Below, one piece after another: positions 27,747-37,480 of a stretch of 64,000 nt of DNA. The stretch comes from Planctomycetota bacterium (lineage in GTDB: Bacteria; Planctomycetota; B15-G4; SIAN01). The DNA is taken from NCBI GenBank assembly GCA_028289345.1, contig JANQQL010000018.1:86030-150029 (forward strand), read 5' to 3'. The notes below the pieces were generated by a model, which was given only the letters and a program-made list of their open reading frames with translations, was not told the origin of the DNA and did no database searches. The position numbers and the translations under genes are program-made. Every line of letters starts with the position of its first letter. Position 1 is the first letter of the stretch.

Positions 27747-27823
27747 GCGCCCGTAGCTCAGCTGGATAGAGCAGCGGATTTCTAATCCGCTGGTCGCAGG
27801 TTCGAGTCCTGCCGGGCGTGCCA
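27747..27823 (+). tRNA. tRNA-Arg (anticodon TCT)
   Basis: GCGCCCGTAGCTCAGCTGGATAGAGCAGCGGATTTCTAATCCGCTGGTCGCAGGTTCGAGTCCTGCCGGGCGTGCCA folds as a cloverleaf with anticodon loop UUUCUAA, a T-loop TTCGAGT and encoded CCA. Confidence 0.85.
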
Positions 27824-27854
27824 TCGTCGCGAAACCGAGCCGCCTCCCCCGGCC

Positions 27855-28808
27855 TCATCGCCTCAGCTGGATCGGCTCCTCGGTCTCTCGATGGAACTGG
27901 ATGCGATTGTTCTTCTGGTCGATCGTCACCTCGAACTGCTCCATGACGCGGCTACCGATGTTTGCGGCCTGATAGAGTTCGGTGAAGGTGATCCTCGGTG
28001 TGGCGATCACGTGGCGGCCTAGCTTCAGATCCTCGCGAAGTGTCGCGGCCAGGATCGGGATGACGTTGAACTGGGTGCGGGCCTCGCCGACCTTGGCCGG
28101 CTCGCCGTCCAGGGGAAGCTTGTCGGCCAACGACTGTGGCACCATGATCGCGCCCATGTTTCGGGCGTCCACGTGGGCGCGGACGGTCTTGCCGCCAAGG
28201 GTCCACTCGATCGTCGGAACCGCCTCCTCGGCATCCATCGCGAAAATCTCTTCCCCATCGGGTTCAGGCAAGGCCTGACGACTGATCCGGACCTCCTGTC
28301 CGGGGTAATCGAGGGTGAAGGTGAGGCCGTTGAACAATCCGATGCCGAGGATCCCGTCGATGGGTTCGCTCCCCAGCGAACCCCGGTTGTAGTCGCCGGA
28401 GATCGACTGCAGGTCAACGAATTCGCTATCGCCAATCCAAAGCGACGGCACTTCGTAGACGGCTCGGGTCGCCATGTTGCGGCCGGTGCCATCGGAAACG
28501 GTGATCTCGTCGATGGCGTTCAGCGCCAAGTCAAGCGCGAGGTCGGTGCTCACGGAAAGCTGGCCGGAAGCTCCGGTGTCGATCCCAAAGCGGTAGGGAC
28601 CATCCTCGCCGATCATGACCTCGACGACCGGAAGGTGAAGCTGGGACTCCATCCTCACCTTGACCCCGTCGTCCGGGAGGTCGACCTCGGCGGGATGGGG
28701 CCGAACAGCCCCCAGACCTTGCTCCGTGCGGCTCTCCTGCGGCTGCCCTCGAGCTGGGGCGGCCAACCCAAAGACAACAACGAGAAGGACGGCGATCTTC
28801 GAAATCAT
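27855..28808 (-). CDS. Retropepsin-like aspartyl protease (clan AA), secreted
   Basis: Signal peptide MISKIAVLLVVVFGLAAPARG. Catalytic FGIDTGAS (D-T/S-G-A) motif. Start moved to the Met that begins the signal peptide. Confidence 0.7.
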   Translation of the reverse strand: MISKIAVLLVVVFGLAAPARGQPQESRTEQGLGAVRPHPAEVDLPDDGVKVRMESQLHLPVVEVMIGEDGPYRFGIDTGASGQLSVSTDLALDLALNAIDEITVSDGTGRNMATRAVYEVPSLWIGDSEFVDLQSISGDYNRGSLGSEPIDGILGIGLFNGLTFTLDYPGQEVRISRQALPEPDGEEIFAMDAEEAVPTIEWTLGGKTVRAHVDARNMGAIMVPQSLADKLPLDGEPAKVGEARTQFNVIPILAATLREDLKLGRHVIATPRITFTELYQAANIGSRVMEQFEVTIDQKNNRIQFHRETEEPIQLRR

Positions 28809-28913
28809 TGGGGACTCCTTTCGCCCTGACAGTACGAATCGTACCATTGTGTGTTGGAGTCGATTCGACCTTCTCTGAAGGAGTCTCGCTCATTGCCCGA
28901 GCCAGGAGCCTCC

Positions 28914-29450
28914 GTGGACACACTAACCGAGTTGGACCACATGATCCTGGGCGTCGTCGGGCTCTACGGCCCCTGCACCGGTTACCGGGTGCGAAGGGTG
29001 TTCCTCGAATCGCTCTCGCCCCACTGGAGCGGCTCCGCGGGCGCGATCTATCCAGCACTCGAACGCCTGACACGACTCGAGTTGGTCGACAGCAAGGATG
29101 ACCACACAACCCGGCGACAAGGCAAGTTGCTCTCGCTGTCACAAGCGGGAAAGAAAGCGGTGGCGACGTGGCTCAAGCCCCCGCTCGATGCCGGAGCGCT
29201 CCTCGACCTCGACCCGCTTCGCACCCGAGTTCGCGTGCTGGGCCTGGTGCCCCCGGCCCAACGCCAGCGCTTCGTCGCTTCCGCGCTCGAACAGCTGGCC
29301 GCCCTCGAGCAGGAGACCCGGTCGATGCTGCGGGACTCCGAGGCCGGGGACGACCCCTATCACACACTGGTTTGCAAGGGCGCGCTGAAGTCCCTTCAAG
29401 CACGCCGGCGTTGGCTGGCCGAGGTCGCCGCGGAGGTGGCCTCGAAGTAG
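28914..29450 (+). CDS. PadR family transcriptional regulator
   Basis: LTELDHMILGVVGLYGPCTGYRV is the PadR winged-helix signature. GTG start at 28914 with AGGAG 5 nt upstream. Divergent from the protease gene. Confidence 0.65.
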   Translation: MDTLTELDHMILGVVGLYGPCTGYRVRRVFLESLSPHWSGSAGAIYPALERLTRLELVDSKDDHTTRRQGKLLSLSQAGKKAVATWLKPPLDAGALLDLDPLRTRVRVLGLVPPAQRQRFVASALEQLAALEQETRSMLRDSEAGDDPYHTLVCKGALKSLQARRRWLAEVAAEVASK

Positions 29451-29930
29451 TCGGCAGGGAACCGCGCCGGCACAAGAGCCGTCCCATTCCGCGAACGAAG
29501 ATGTCCCGGACCACAGGTCAATCAGCGCCGCGAGCACGACAGAGTGATGGGCTGGATACTCACACCCTCGGGCAACGAGCCCCCCCGCCGCATCTTGGGA
29601 CCGTTGCACCGACTTCAACTTCGTGCTGCCATGGGAAGAACCCATAAGCTGGCTTTGGCGACCCTGAGTCATCCGTTCTCCGCCCGGACTCAATGCGAGA
29701 GTTGAACCCTACCCAGGCGCGAACCGTGCGGGTTAAGCACACACACTCTTTGGTTCAATGGTGTGGTCAGACAGTCAGGCTTGTCCTTCGCGGAGCGCGC
29801 GTTTCCACCTCCATCGGAGCCGGTAGCCTTTGGGGGCATTCATCCGTGGTCCCCAGCGCGAACTCTGGAAAGATCACTTCACGGGTAACCCGCACTTCAC
29901 ACCCAGGGCAACGTCTGAGAGACGAGAGCA

Positions 29931-30866
29931 TTGGAATCATCCCTCCTTGTATTGGTCCATGTGCTCTCGAGTGGGCTCTTTGGCATTTTTCAGCATCAGG
30001 TCGGCCGGAATCGGTGTGACCGCCTGTTGTTCATGCAGGTGGTCTCCCTAGTAACGTGCCTCGTCAACAGCACTCTCTTTGTTCGGTGGGCTGGAACGAA
30101 CGGAGCGCGGTGGTCGTTTCCACTGGAAAACCTGCGGTTAACCTTCGTGATGTTGCTGCTCGGAGGTCTTTTCTTTGCCCTGTTTTTCTCGCGCCTCTTA
30201 GTGAAAGAGTTTCTTCCCTCGTTCGTTTTTGCGCCTCTCTACCGACTGCAAATGCCAATCGTAGTCCTTGTCGCCATCTTCTACTTGCATGAGGAGGCAT
30301 CAGTCATTCATACGATTGGACTCTTCTGCGCATTCGTCCCTCTCATCCTTGTTGCCACTCCTCCTCGCGTTCAGACAAATCAGCGTCGATTCAACCATCG
30401 ATCAAAGCCACCTCGGTACGGACCCAGGTGGATTCGGGGTGCCGCACTCATGATGGTGGTCGTTGCGCTCGCGGCTTGCCTCCAACTCTCCACAAAAGTG
30501 CTGACCGCTCACGATCTATTTGCAGTGCCTCCTCTGACGTATGCAATGCTGCTGAATATCGGAACATTGTTCGTTGGCCTGATTCTTCTCATTTCGAGAA
30601 CAATTCGAAGCAGAAGCATCCGCGAACCTCGTCTGGCGATCGTCCTTGGCCTAGCAGCAGGCCTTGTCAACGCCGTGACTTTGCTCAGTTTGGCAGTGTA
30701 TCTCGTCGACGGGCGAGCAAGTGTGATCTACCCTGCCGGCGCGATGTCCCTATTCATCCCAATGATCGCCTTCGGCTATCTGGGCACCGAGCCACGGCCG
30801 TCCCCGGTGCAAATTCTGTCCATTACTCTCGCCACGGCGGCAACCCTACTACTGATGGGCTCTTGA
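29931..30866 (+). CDS. EamA/DMT-like polytopic membrane protein (within low-GC island)
   Basis: About 10 TM segments with internal duplication. The C-terminal LGTEPRPSPVQILSITLATAATLLLMG resembles the EamA repeat end. TTG start at 29931, with an alternative ATG at 30033. Lower GC than its surroundings. Confidence 0.45.
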   Translation: MESSLLVLVHVLSSGLFGIFQHQVGRNRCDRLLFMQVVSLVTCLVNSTLFVRWAGTNGARWSFPLENLRLTFVMLLLGGLFFALFFSRLLVKEFLPSFVFAPLYRLQMPIVVLVAIFYLHEEASVIHTIGLFCAFVPLILVATPPRVQTNQRRFNHRSKPPRYGPRWIRGAALMMVVVALAACLQLSTKVLTAHDLFAVPPLTYAMLLNIGTLFVGLILLISRTIRSRSIREPRLAIVLGLAAGLVNAVTLLSLAVYLVDGRASVIYPAGAMSLFIPMIAFGYLGTEPRPSPVQILSITLATAATLLLMGS

Positions 30867-30881
30867 TGAAGGAGTGCCTGA

Positions 30882-33380
30882 ATGATCCAGCGATGGTCGG
30901 CTGCGATGTACTTATTTGCCCATCTGGGTACGCAAACGCCAGAGGCTGGGCCACTGGTCACGATCAGCGTACCCGATGACCAATCTGATTGGAGTGAGCT
31001 GAACAGATACCTCAATGAAGAACTTCGCACACTGAATGCGTCGATCCGCATCAAGTTCACAAAGCGTGACATCGACTCGGCGCTCCATGAATTGGCGAAT
31101 CCGAGTGACAACAACGTCGGTGCCTTACTCCCACCGTTTCGCTATGTAGTCGCCGACCTCGTCGTGAATGACCTCGAGCTCGTCGCACGCATCCGACGTG
31201 CAGGACGTTTCGTCGTACCCCAGAGTGACTGGGACAACAACAAGCGTCCCGACTCTGACCCAGAGTATGCCGAGTACAACGCACCAGAGCCTCTTGATCA
31301 CTACCGGAGCCTGGTGGTGATGCACCGCAACTCAGGAGTGTGGCCACCTCCCCTCCCGCGTGACCTTTTCCGTGCACAGTCGATTCAAGAACGAAACCTC
31401 GACAAGGTAACCATCTCTTTTTCCGGTTACCGATCGACTTCTGAGTTCGTTTACCCCTTCGCTCATATCACGCGAAAGGGCTGGCGCGATCGCATCGTAG
31501 AAAGTCCGCGACGTACGGCCGGCCGACGTGAGGACGCCTGGAAGTTAAAGATGGTGTCCGTGGATAGCGCTCACTACGGAGACAAACGGGAAATCGCGGA
31601 ACGCAAGCAGCTCACGGAGAGTCTCGCATCGGAAACCGGCGACTTTCAACTTTTCTGTACAAGCGACCATAAGTTCTACGCCTCGTATCCGAACGAAAAA
31701 GCTCGCCATGCGAGATTTGAGGAGGTGTACCGCTCCCCTCCGATTCCCTTTGATGCACTGGTTGTTCGAAAATCCGCCCTCGGGCTCGTGGAACTTCAGA
31801 AGCTCAGGCGAGCTTTCCTCTCGACCCGCGACATGGCCCCGAAAGAGCGAGCAGAGTGTTTTCCATGGAGTCCTACTGAAGATGACAACCAGTCATTTCT
31901 GCGCTCTCCGGATGTCCACGATTTCGTCGAAGCCGATGATGCGGAGTACGACAAGATTCGCCAGGAAGCCGCGGTAGCATTTGGTGGAGCAATCGTGCGA
32001 GTTGCGGTCGCGAAGCAAGTGCACCGCAGCGAATCCCGAGACATGATGTTCTTTCGCCAGTGGATGAAGGACGTTCTGAAAGCACAACCGGATTCACCGG
32101 TGTTCCTTGACTTCGTGTACTACGACAGTTTCGACGAGATCGCGACAGATCTCAAAGACGGCAGAGTGCACCTCGGAGAGCTCAACGTAACTCGAGCCGC
32201 CACTCTCCTGGGACGTGAGGAGGGTGTACTGCTAGGACGCTCCGTCTTTGGCGGCGAGGACTTCTATCGATTCGTAATCGTGACGGCTGAGCCGAACAAG
32301 AAGACGGTCGATAGCATTCAAACGGCCGGCCCTTTCGCGATCACCTCGCGGGCATCTGGCTCCGGCTTCGTGTATCCCGTCGAATACCTTCAATCCAGAG
32401 GCCGAAGCCCGAAAGAACGAATTGAAGTCGGAAATGCTGACAACGTCCTCGACGCAGTTCTACGCTATGCCAACGAAAGCCAAGATCCAAAGTCTGCACT
32501 TTACGGCTTCATGGCCGACTTCGAATTCGAGAAAATCAGGAGACGCTGGCCCGAAAAAGCCATCGAAAAGATCGGAACCATTGAAGTTCATGAAGAGCAA
32601 GCGAGAATTCCCAACGCAATGCTCATTGCCTCAAAGGGCGCGTTCCCGATGGTCGGCACTTGGTTTCAGCGCTTGTCAACCGGGCACGAAAAGGATGAGA
32701 GCTCTGATGGGCGAAACGCAACTGCCGTTGAACAACCGCTGTCCACGAAGACCACTGACATCCTACGCGATGCAATCATCGCGAACCTGTCGTCGGAGGC
32801 ATTCGGAGGCTACCGACGGGCGACGCAAGATGACGTGGATGAGCTCAGCGAGCTCTACTGGAAAACTGCGAAGCGACCAGTCGCCATTATCGTCGGTGTC
32901 CTAGCCGTCGGAATCATCGCCTCCACATTGTGCGTCATCTGGGTCTATCGACGGGGCGTCTCATCTTCGAGCGAAGATCAGCGGGTGGTTTCAATTCAGA
33001 GCATTTGGGACGTATTGAAAGGCGGTGTCCCAGACGATCGAATGGCCCGAGATCTCATTTGCATCGGTTTGCAGATTTTTGGGCAACTGAAAGACGACGA
33101 CGGGAAGCTCAAGAAAGTCTTCGGTTCTCCTGCAGCGCTTCGGAAAGAGCTGGGCGACGCCCTGCTAGCCGTACTGGTCCGCCATCAAAGTGATCGCACC
33201 TTGTCTGACGAGACATACTACTACACTCATCTAGACAGACTGGACAGGGTGGTCAGGAAAGCCACGTCAGAGATCGATAACTACCTCAGTCGTGTTGATC
33301 GACCCGAGACTAGCGAATCGGCCGACTGGCTCTCAAAATGGGTGCGGACGCTGGATACCGTCAAGAAGCTAATTGACTGA
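30882..33380 (+). CDS. Large hypothetical protein: two tandem PhnD/SsuA-like (type-2 periplasmic-binding-fold) domains, single TM helix, unknown ~170-aa C-terminal domain
   Basis: AAGGAG 8 nt upstream of ATG 30882, and coupled to the upstream gene. Motifs TISFSGYRSTSEFVYPF and FAITSRASGSGFVYPVEYLQSRG resemble the PhnD substrate-binding fold. TM helix VAIIVGVLAVGIIASTLCVIWVY. No kinase, GGDEF or other known output domain. GC ~52-55%. Confidence 0.6.
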   Translation: MIQRWSAAMYLFAHLGTQTPEAGPLVTISVPDDQSDWSELNRYLNEELRTLNASIRIKFTKRDIDSALHELANPSDNNVGALLPPFRYVVADLVVNDLELVARIRRAGRFVVPQSDWDNNKRPDSDPEYAEYNAPEPLDHYRSLVVMHRNSGVWPPPLPRDLFRAQSIQERNLDKVTISFSGYRSTSEFVYPFAHITRKGWRDRIVESPRRTAGRREDAWKLKMVSVDSAHYGDKREIAERKQLTESLASETGDFQLFCTSDHKFYASYPNEKARHARFEEVYRSPPIPFDALVVRKSALGLVELQKLRRAFLSTRDMAPKERAECFPWSPTEDDNQSFLRSPDVHDFVEADDAEYDKIRQEAAVAFGGAIVRVAVAKQVHRSESRDMMFFRQWMKDVLKAQPDSPVFLDFVYYDSFDEIATDLKDGRVHLGELNVTRAATLLGREEGVLLGRSVFGGEDFYRFVIVTAEPNKKTVDSIQTAGPFAITSRASGSGFVYPVEYLQSRGRSPKERIEVGNADNVLDAVLRYANESQDPKSALYGFMADFEFEKIRRRWPEKAIEKIGTIEVHEEQARIPNAMLIASKGAFPMVGTWFQRLSTGHEKDESSDGRNATAVEQPLSTKTTDILRDAIIANLSSEAFGGYRRATQDDVDELSELYWKTAKRPVAIIVGVLAVGIIASTLCVIWVYRRGVSSSSEDQRVVSIQSIWDVLKGGVPDDRMARDLICIGLQIFGQLKDDDGKLKKVFGSPAALRKELGDALLAVLVRHQSDRTLSDETYYYTHLDRLDRVVRKATSEIDNYLSRVDRPETSESADWLSKWVRTLDTVKKLID

Positions 33381-33416
33381 CGACCTGCGTGATGGTCCCT
33401 CAAACATGCGAGGACC

Positions 33417-33803
33417 TTGGCGAACCGGCTCCTCAGGCTGATGAGCCGGCGCGACCAAGAACGATCCCGACAAGCTTTCTGGCTGAACGGGTGCCTGAGG
33501 CAGTCAGAGCGCGGCCCTTGGTGGAGTGGCTCATTGCCTGATTCGACAAGGCGTGGTCTACGGCTTGTCGAAGAAGAGGTCCGGCGAGCGCAATCTCGCC
33601 TCGCCCCGTCGGATCTGCAGCTCTCCGAGATCCACCATGGTGGCCAGCCGAGCAGTCCTTCTGCCTTGCTCGCCAGCCCTTGCTCGAGGCGTAGGTGTCC
33701 AAGAAGTCCGCAGGTCCGCGACGTCTCTGGATGGGAAGACTCGACTGGCGACCAAGTCGTGGATGTCGATGACCTGCTCGAGCTGCTTGCCGCTTGGAGC
33801 TAG
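33417..33803 (+). pseudogene. Possible gene remnant ending in a dockerin/EF-hand-like motif (GDQVVDVDDLLELLAAWS)
   Basis: The last ~25 codons match the D-x-D-G-x-V-x-V-x-DLL-x-LL-x-W-G C-terminal module common in planctomycete secreted proteins. No credible upstream domain, and it sits at the right edge of the low-GC island. Confidence 0.25.
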
Positions 33804-33834
33804 GCTTGGCGAGCTCGCGGTCATCCTAACTTGC

Positions 33835-35211
33835 CTAACACTCGGTCACGGACACCGCCAACCCCCCCTGGGACGTCTCCTTGTACCGCGCATGCATGTC
33901 CCGTCCGGTGTTGCGCATGGTGCGGATGACTTTGTCGAGAGAGATGTGGTGGGCCCCGTCCCCTCGCAGCGCCATGCGGGCCGCGTTGATGGCCTTGATG
34001 GAGCCCATGGCATTGCGCTCGATGCAGGGGATTTGCACGAGCCCTTTGACGGGATCGCAGGTCAAACCGAGGTTGTGCTCCATGCCGATCTCCGCCGCGT
34101 TCTCCACCTGCTCCGGAGTTCCGCCCAAGACTTCGGCCAATCCGGCGGCGGCCATGGAGCAAGCGACCCCAACTTCTCCCTGACAGCCAACCTCCGCCCC
34201 GGAAATCGAGGCATTCTCTTTGTACAGAACGCCGATCGCGCCCGCGGTCAGGAGGAACCGTGCGATGCCATCTTCGCTCGCGCTGGGACAGAATCGGTCG
34301 TAGTAGTGCATCACCGCCGGCACGATTCCCGCGGCCCCATTGGTTGGCGCCGTGACGACGCGACCGCCGGCCGCGTTCTCTTCATTCACAGCCAGGGCGT
34401 ACAGATTGACCCAGTCGACAATGGTCAACGGATCTCCCAGGGATCGCTCGAGCTGGCGAGAGAGCTGTTCGTGCAACTGGGAGGCGCGCCGCGGGACGCT
34501 CAGACCGCCAGGCAGGACCCCCTCCTGCTCACAACCACGACGCACGCATGACTGCATGGCGCGCCAGATCTCGGCAAGGCCCGCCCGGACTTCTTCGGAG
34601 CTGCGCCTTGCCAACTCGTTCGCCATCTGGACATCGGAGATTCGGCACTGATCGGACTGGGCCGCCGCGAGCAGCTCGGCGCCGCTTCGAAACGGATACG
34701 GAACGCTCGTCGAGTCCGCGGTCAGATGATCTTCCGCCGCCTGGTCCTCGTCGACGACGAATCCCCCGCCGATCGAATAGTAGGTCCGTTGCCCGAGCAA
34801 CGATCCTGCTTCGTAGGCTTGGAAACGCAGCCCATTGACGTGGTAGGGTAAGACTTCCTGCTTGTGCAGAACCAAATCTGTTTGGGGGTCGAACGCGATC
34901 TCGTAGCGAGCATTGAGGTTCAACCGCTTGTGAGCGGAAATCTCCGCGACTCGGCGCTCGAGGTGATCGGGCTCGACCGTCTCCGGGGCCGCTCCTTCAA
35001 GTCCGAGCATCAAGGCCCGATCCGTCCCATGCCCGTGGCCAGTGAGCGCCAAGGACCCGAACAAGTGAACCTCGACTCGCGTGACCCGGGAAAGCCTCTG
35101 TTGCCGCACGAGTCGGTCGGCGAAACGGTGCGCCGCACGCATCGGTCCCACCGTGTGAGAACTCGAAGGCCCGATGCCGATGCGAAAGAGATCGAAAACG
35201 CTGAGAGCCAC
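33835..35211 (-). CDS. sdaA: L-serine ammonia-lyase (L-serine dehydratase), single-chain
   Basis: [22 protein letters not shown] matches the SdaA N-terminus. Conserved C-terminal Fe-S region. Start placed at GTG 35211, where homology begins. The track ORF begins at TTG 35298. Confidence 0.8.
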   Translation of the reverse strand: MALSVFDLFRIGIGPSSSHTVGPMRAAHRFADRLVRQQRLSRVTRVEVHLFGSLALTGHGHGTDRALMLGLEGAAPETVEPDHLERRVAEISAHKRLNLNARYEIAFDPQTDLVLHKQEVLPYHVNGLRFQAYEAGSLLGQRTYYSIGGGFVVDEDQAAEDHLTADSTSVPYPFRSGAELLAAAQSDQCRISDVQMANELARRSSEEVRAGLAEIWRAMQSCVRRGCEQEGVLPGGLSVPRRASQLHEQLSRQLERSLGDPLTIVDWVNLYALAVNEENAAGGRVVTAPTNGAAGIVPAVMHYYDRFCPSASEDGIARFLLTAGAIGVLYKENASISGAEVGCQGEVGVACSMAAAGLAEVLGGTPEQVENAAEIGMEHNLGLTCDPVKGLVQIPCIERNAMGSIKAINAARMALRGDGAHHISLDKVIRTMRNTGRDMHARYKETSQGGLAVSVTEC

Positions 35212-35398
35212 GACCCAACCCCGGAGAGAAACGAGGGGCGCCAAGCGCCGCAATTTTCCCTGTGATGGTTCCTGTCGGAGCGAACCATCGTAGGACAATG
35301 CGCGCTCATGAGGCGAAGATTCTTAGGAGGCCCCAACTCTGAAAAAGTTTGCCTAGCCAGAGGATGACAAGACGGGCCTCCAGATCCCCCACGGGACC

Positions 35399-37003
35399 TC
35401 AGAACAAAGCCGTCTCACTCTCTTCTGTGGTCGGCTCGTCCTCGAACTCCATCACCACACTGTCGGCGGTACTCGCCTCCTCTCCCGAAGGAGAGAACGT
35501 GTGGCCAGCATCGCCACGAACTCGTCGGACCAGCGAGTCCAGATCAAAGATCATCGTGGTCGATTCGAAAGAGCCATCGTCACCCGCAGTCACGTACTCT
35601 TTGATGTCGCACTTGAGTTCGCTGTTCGTGGGCGGCCGGAGCATCGATGGCACGTTCTGCTTCTGGTGAGCGTCGATGTGGATCAAACCGTCCACTCGGT
35701 CCACCATGAAGCCGAATACGTCTTTCCCCGAATCCACGATCAAGACCTGGGTCGACGCTTCATTCTCAAAGGGCTCGAGACCGTAGGTCCTCCTCAAATC
35801 GACGACCGAAACCAGTTTGCCGCGAAGGTTGAACACCCCACGAATGTGCTCCGGAGTTCCTGGCGTGTGGGTCAAGCTCTCGGGGAATTCGATGATTTCG
35901 CGGACGTCCAGTACCGGCAAGGCGGCCCGGTGCCCGAGTGAGAAGGTGATGTACGAGAAGCGTTCGCCGCTCCCGGTGGAACGAGTCTCTACTTCGACGA
36001 GGGACTCACCTTGATACAGGGCCTGATGGCTCTGCGTGACACCGACAATGCCCTCATCTTCGAGGATGCGTCCATGATCCAGGAGCAACACCTCCGAGCC
36101 ATCTGACGGAACAATGCACCCTCGAACCAGCGACTCCTTTTCCTGGTTGTAGTCCGGGATCGGCAACATCTGTTGATCGGTGTAGGCCAAGATACTGGTG
36201 ACCTCGTCGACCACAAGCCCAAATCGATCCGATCCGTGGTGCATGACGATGACTTTCTTCGAGTCAAGCCCCTCGTCTTCGTCGGAGCGATCGCCGTCAA
36301 GCATCTTCGAAAGTCGCAGCAGCGGCATCACGACGCCGCGCAAGGTCGTCATTCCCAAACACAGTTCGTCCGCAAGACTCGATTCTTGGTAGTCCGGCAT
36401 CGGAATGATCTCGCTGACCGCTGTCATTTCCAACGCAAGAAGATGATCCTCTACCTGAAAAGTGATGCATTGTTTGCGGATGCCTCCGGGAGAGCCCCCT
36501 TTGTCCGAAACTGGGTTCTTGGGATCCACAATGCGCGGGAGATTCTCGATGCGGGCCAATCGCCGGGCGTGGATGACGTCAACCAGCCGATTGCCGTCAT
36601 CCAACCGCAAAACTCCGGCAACCACCCGACGCCCGGGAGTCACAGGCTCCGAGTCGTCGGCCTCGTAGGAGAATGATTTCAGCGCGGAGTCGTCCACTCG
36701 CACGATTTCCTTCGTGCTGTCAAAGACCAGTCCGTAGCGGACCCCTTGGTCCTCCAGAATGGCAACTTTCCGATTCTCTTCCTGGTCCGCGTGGATCCCC
36801 AAGAGCTCTCCGACGTCGAGAATCGGGATGATCATTCCACGCAAGTTGAAGACACCGAGCATGAACGGCGGGGAAAGGGGAACAGGCACCACATCTTCTG
36901 GGGCGTTGACCACCTCCAAGATCTCGTTGACATCGATGCCGATCTCGGTCGTTCCCAGACCGAATGTTCCAAAGAGCCTGTTTCCGAGAGCCTTCTCTGT
37001 CAT
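35399..37003 (-). CDS. Chemotaxis protein with three tandem CheW-like domains
   Basis: Three repeats of the CheW pattern (...VVNAPEDVVPVPLSPPFMLGVFNLRGMIIPILD..., ...PMPDYQESSLADELCLGMTTLRGVVMPLL..., ...PESLTHTPGTPEHIRGVFNLRGKLVSVVDLR...). 534 aa. Confidence 0.8.
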   Translation of the reverse strand: MTEKALGNRLFGTFGLGTTEIGIDVNEILEVVNAPEDVVPVPLSPPFMLGVFNLRGMIIPILDVGELLGIHADQEENRKVAILEDQGVRYGLVFDSTKEIVRVDDSALKSFSYEADDSEPVTPGRRVVAGVLRLDDGNRLVDVIHARRLARIENLPRIVDPKNPVSDKGGSPGGIRKQCITFQVEDHLLALEMTAVSEIIPMPDYQESSLADELCLGMTTLRGVVMPLLRLSKMLDGDRSDEDEGLDSKKVIVMHHGSDRFGLVVDEVTSILAYTDQQMLPIPDYNQEKESLVRGCIVPSDGSEVLLLDHGRILEDEGIVGVTQSHQALYQGESLVEVETRSTGSGERFSYITFSLGHRAALPVLDVREIIEFPESLTHTPGTPEHIRGVFNLRGKLVSVVDLRRTYGLEPFENEASTQVLIVDSGKDVFGFMVDRVDGLIHIDAHQKQNVPSMLRPPTNSELKCDIKEYVTAGDDGSFESTTMIFDLDSLVRRVRGDAGHTFSPSGEEASTADSVVMEFEDEPTTEESETALF

Positions 37004-37006
37004 GAC

Positions 37007-37480
37007 CTACTCTCTGACGATCTTCTGGACTTCGAACTCACCGGTGTGACCGTGGATGAGCATCTGGCGCCCGAAGTGATCTCCGCATTCCTGGGAGATG
37101 ATCCTGATGCCCAGTTTCCGCAACGCGGCCCGGGCGGCACGGACATTGCCCTCGCCCACCTTGCCTCCGGGCGCCGCATCTCCGGGGCGCATCATCGACG
37201 CACCTCCGGCGACGACAGCTTTCACCGCGCGGAGTTCTGAGGGAGGGATTCCCATGCGACGGACCAACTCGGGGACGCCCCGGTCCACGTACTTGGCTTC
37301 GGCTTCCTCAGCCTTTTCACCGCTTGATTGGGGTAGCAGACAGTGCGCCAGTCCGTAGACCTCTCGGTCCTTCCAGAGGAGACCGATGCCCACGCAAGAG
37401 CCGAGGATGGTTTGCAGAGTCTCGCCCGCGGAGGCAACGCCGATGCGCCCCATGTGAACCCGCACGATCACCGAGTCCAT
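37007..37480 (-). CDS. cheD: Chemoreceptor glutamine deamidase CheD
   Basis: ILGSCVGIGL catalytic Cys region and overall CheD-like 157 aa. Confidence 0.8.
   Translation of the reverse strand: MDSVIVRVHMGRIGVASAGETLQTILGSCVGIGLLWKDREVYGLAHCLLPQSSGEKAEEAEAKYVDRGVPELVRRMGIPPSELRAVKAVVAGGASMMRPGDAAPGGKVGEGNVRAARAALRKLGIRIISQECGDHFGRQMLIHGHTGEFEVQKIVRE

Noticed and set aside
27747-33830. Classical tRNA-integrated genomic island with att repeats
   Set aside because: The low-GC segment begins ~1.6 kb from the tRNA-Arg(TCT). The intervening protease and padR genes have native GC. No direct repeat of the tRNA 3' end was found at the island edge, and no integrase is present.
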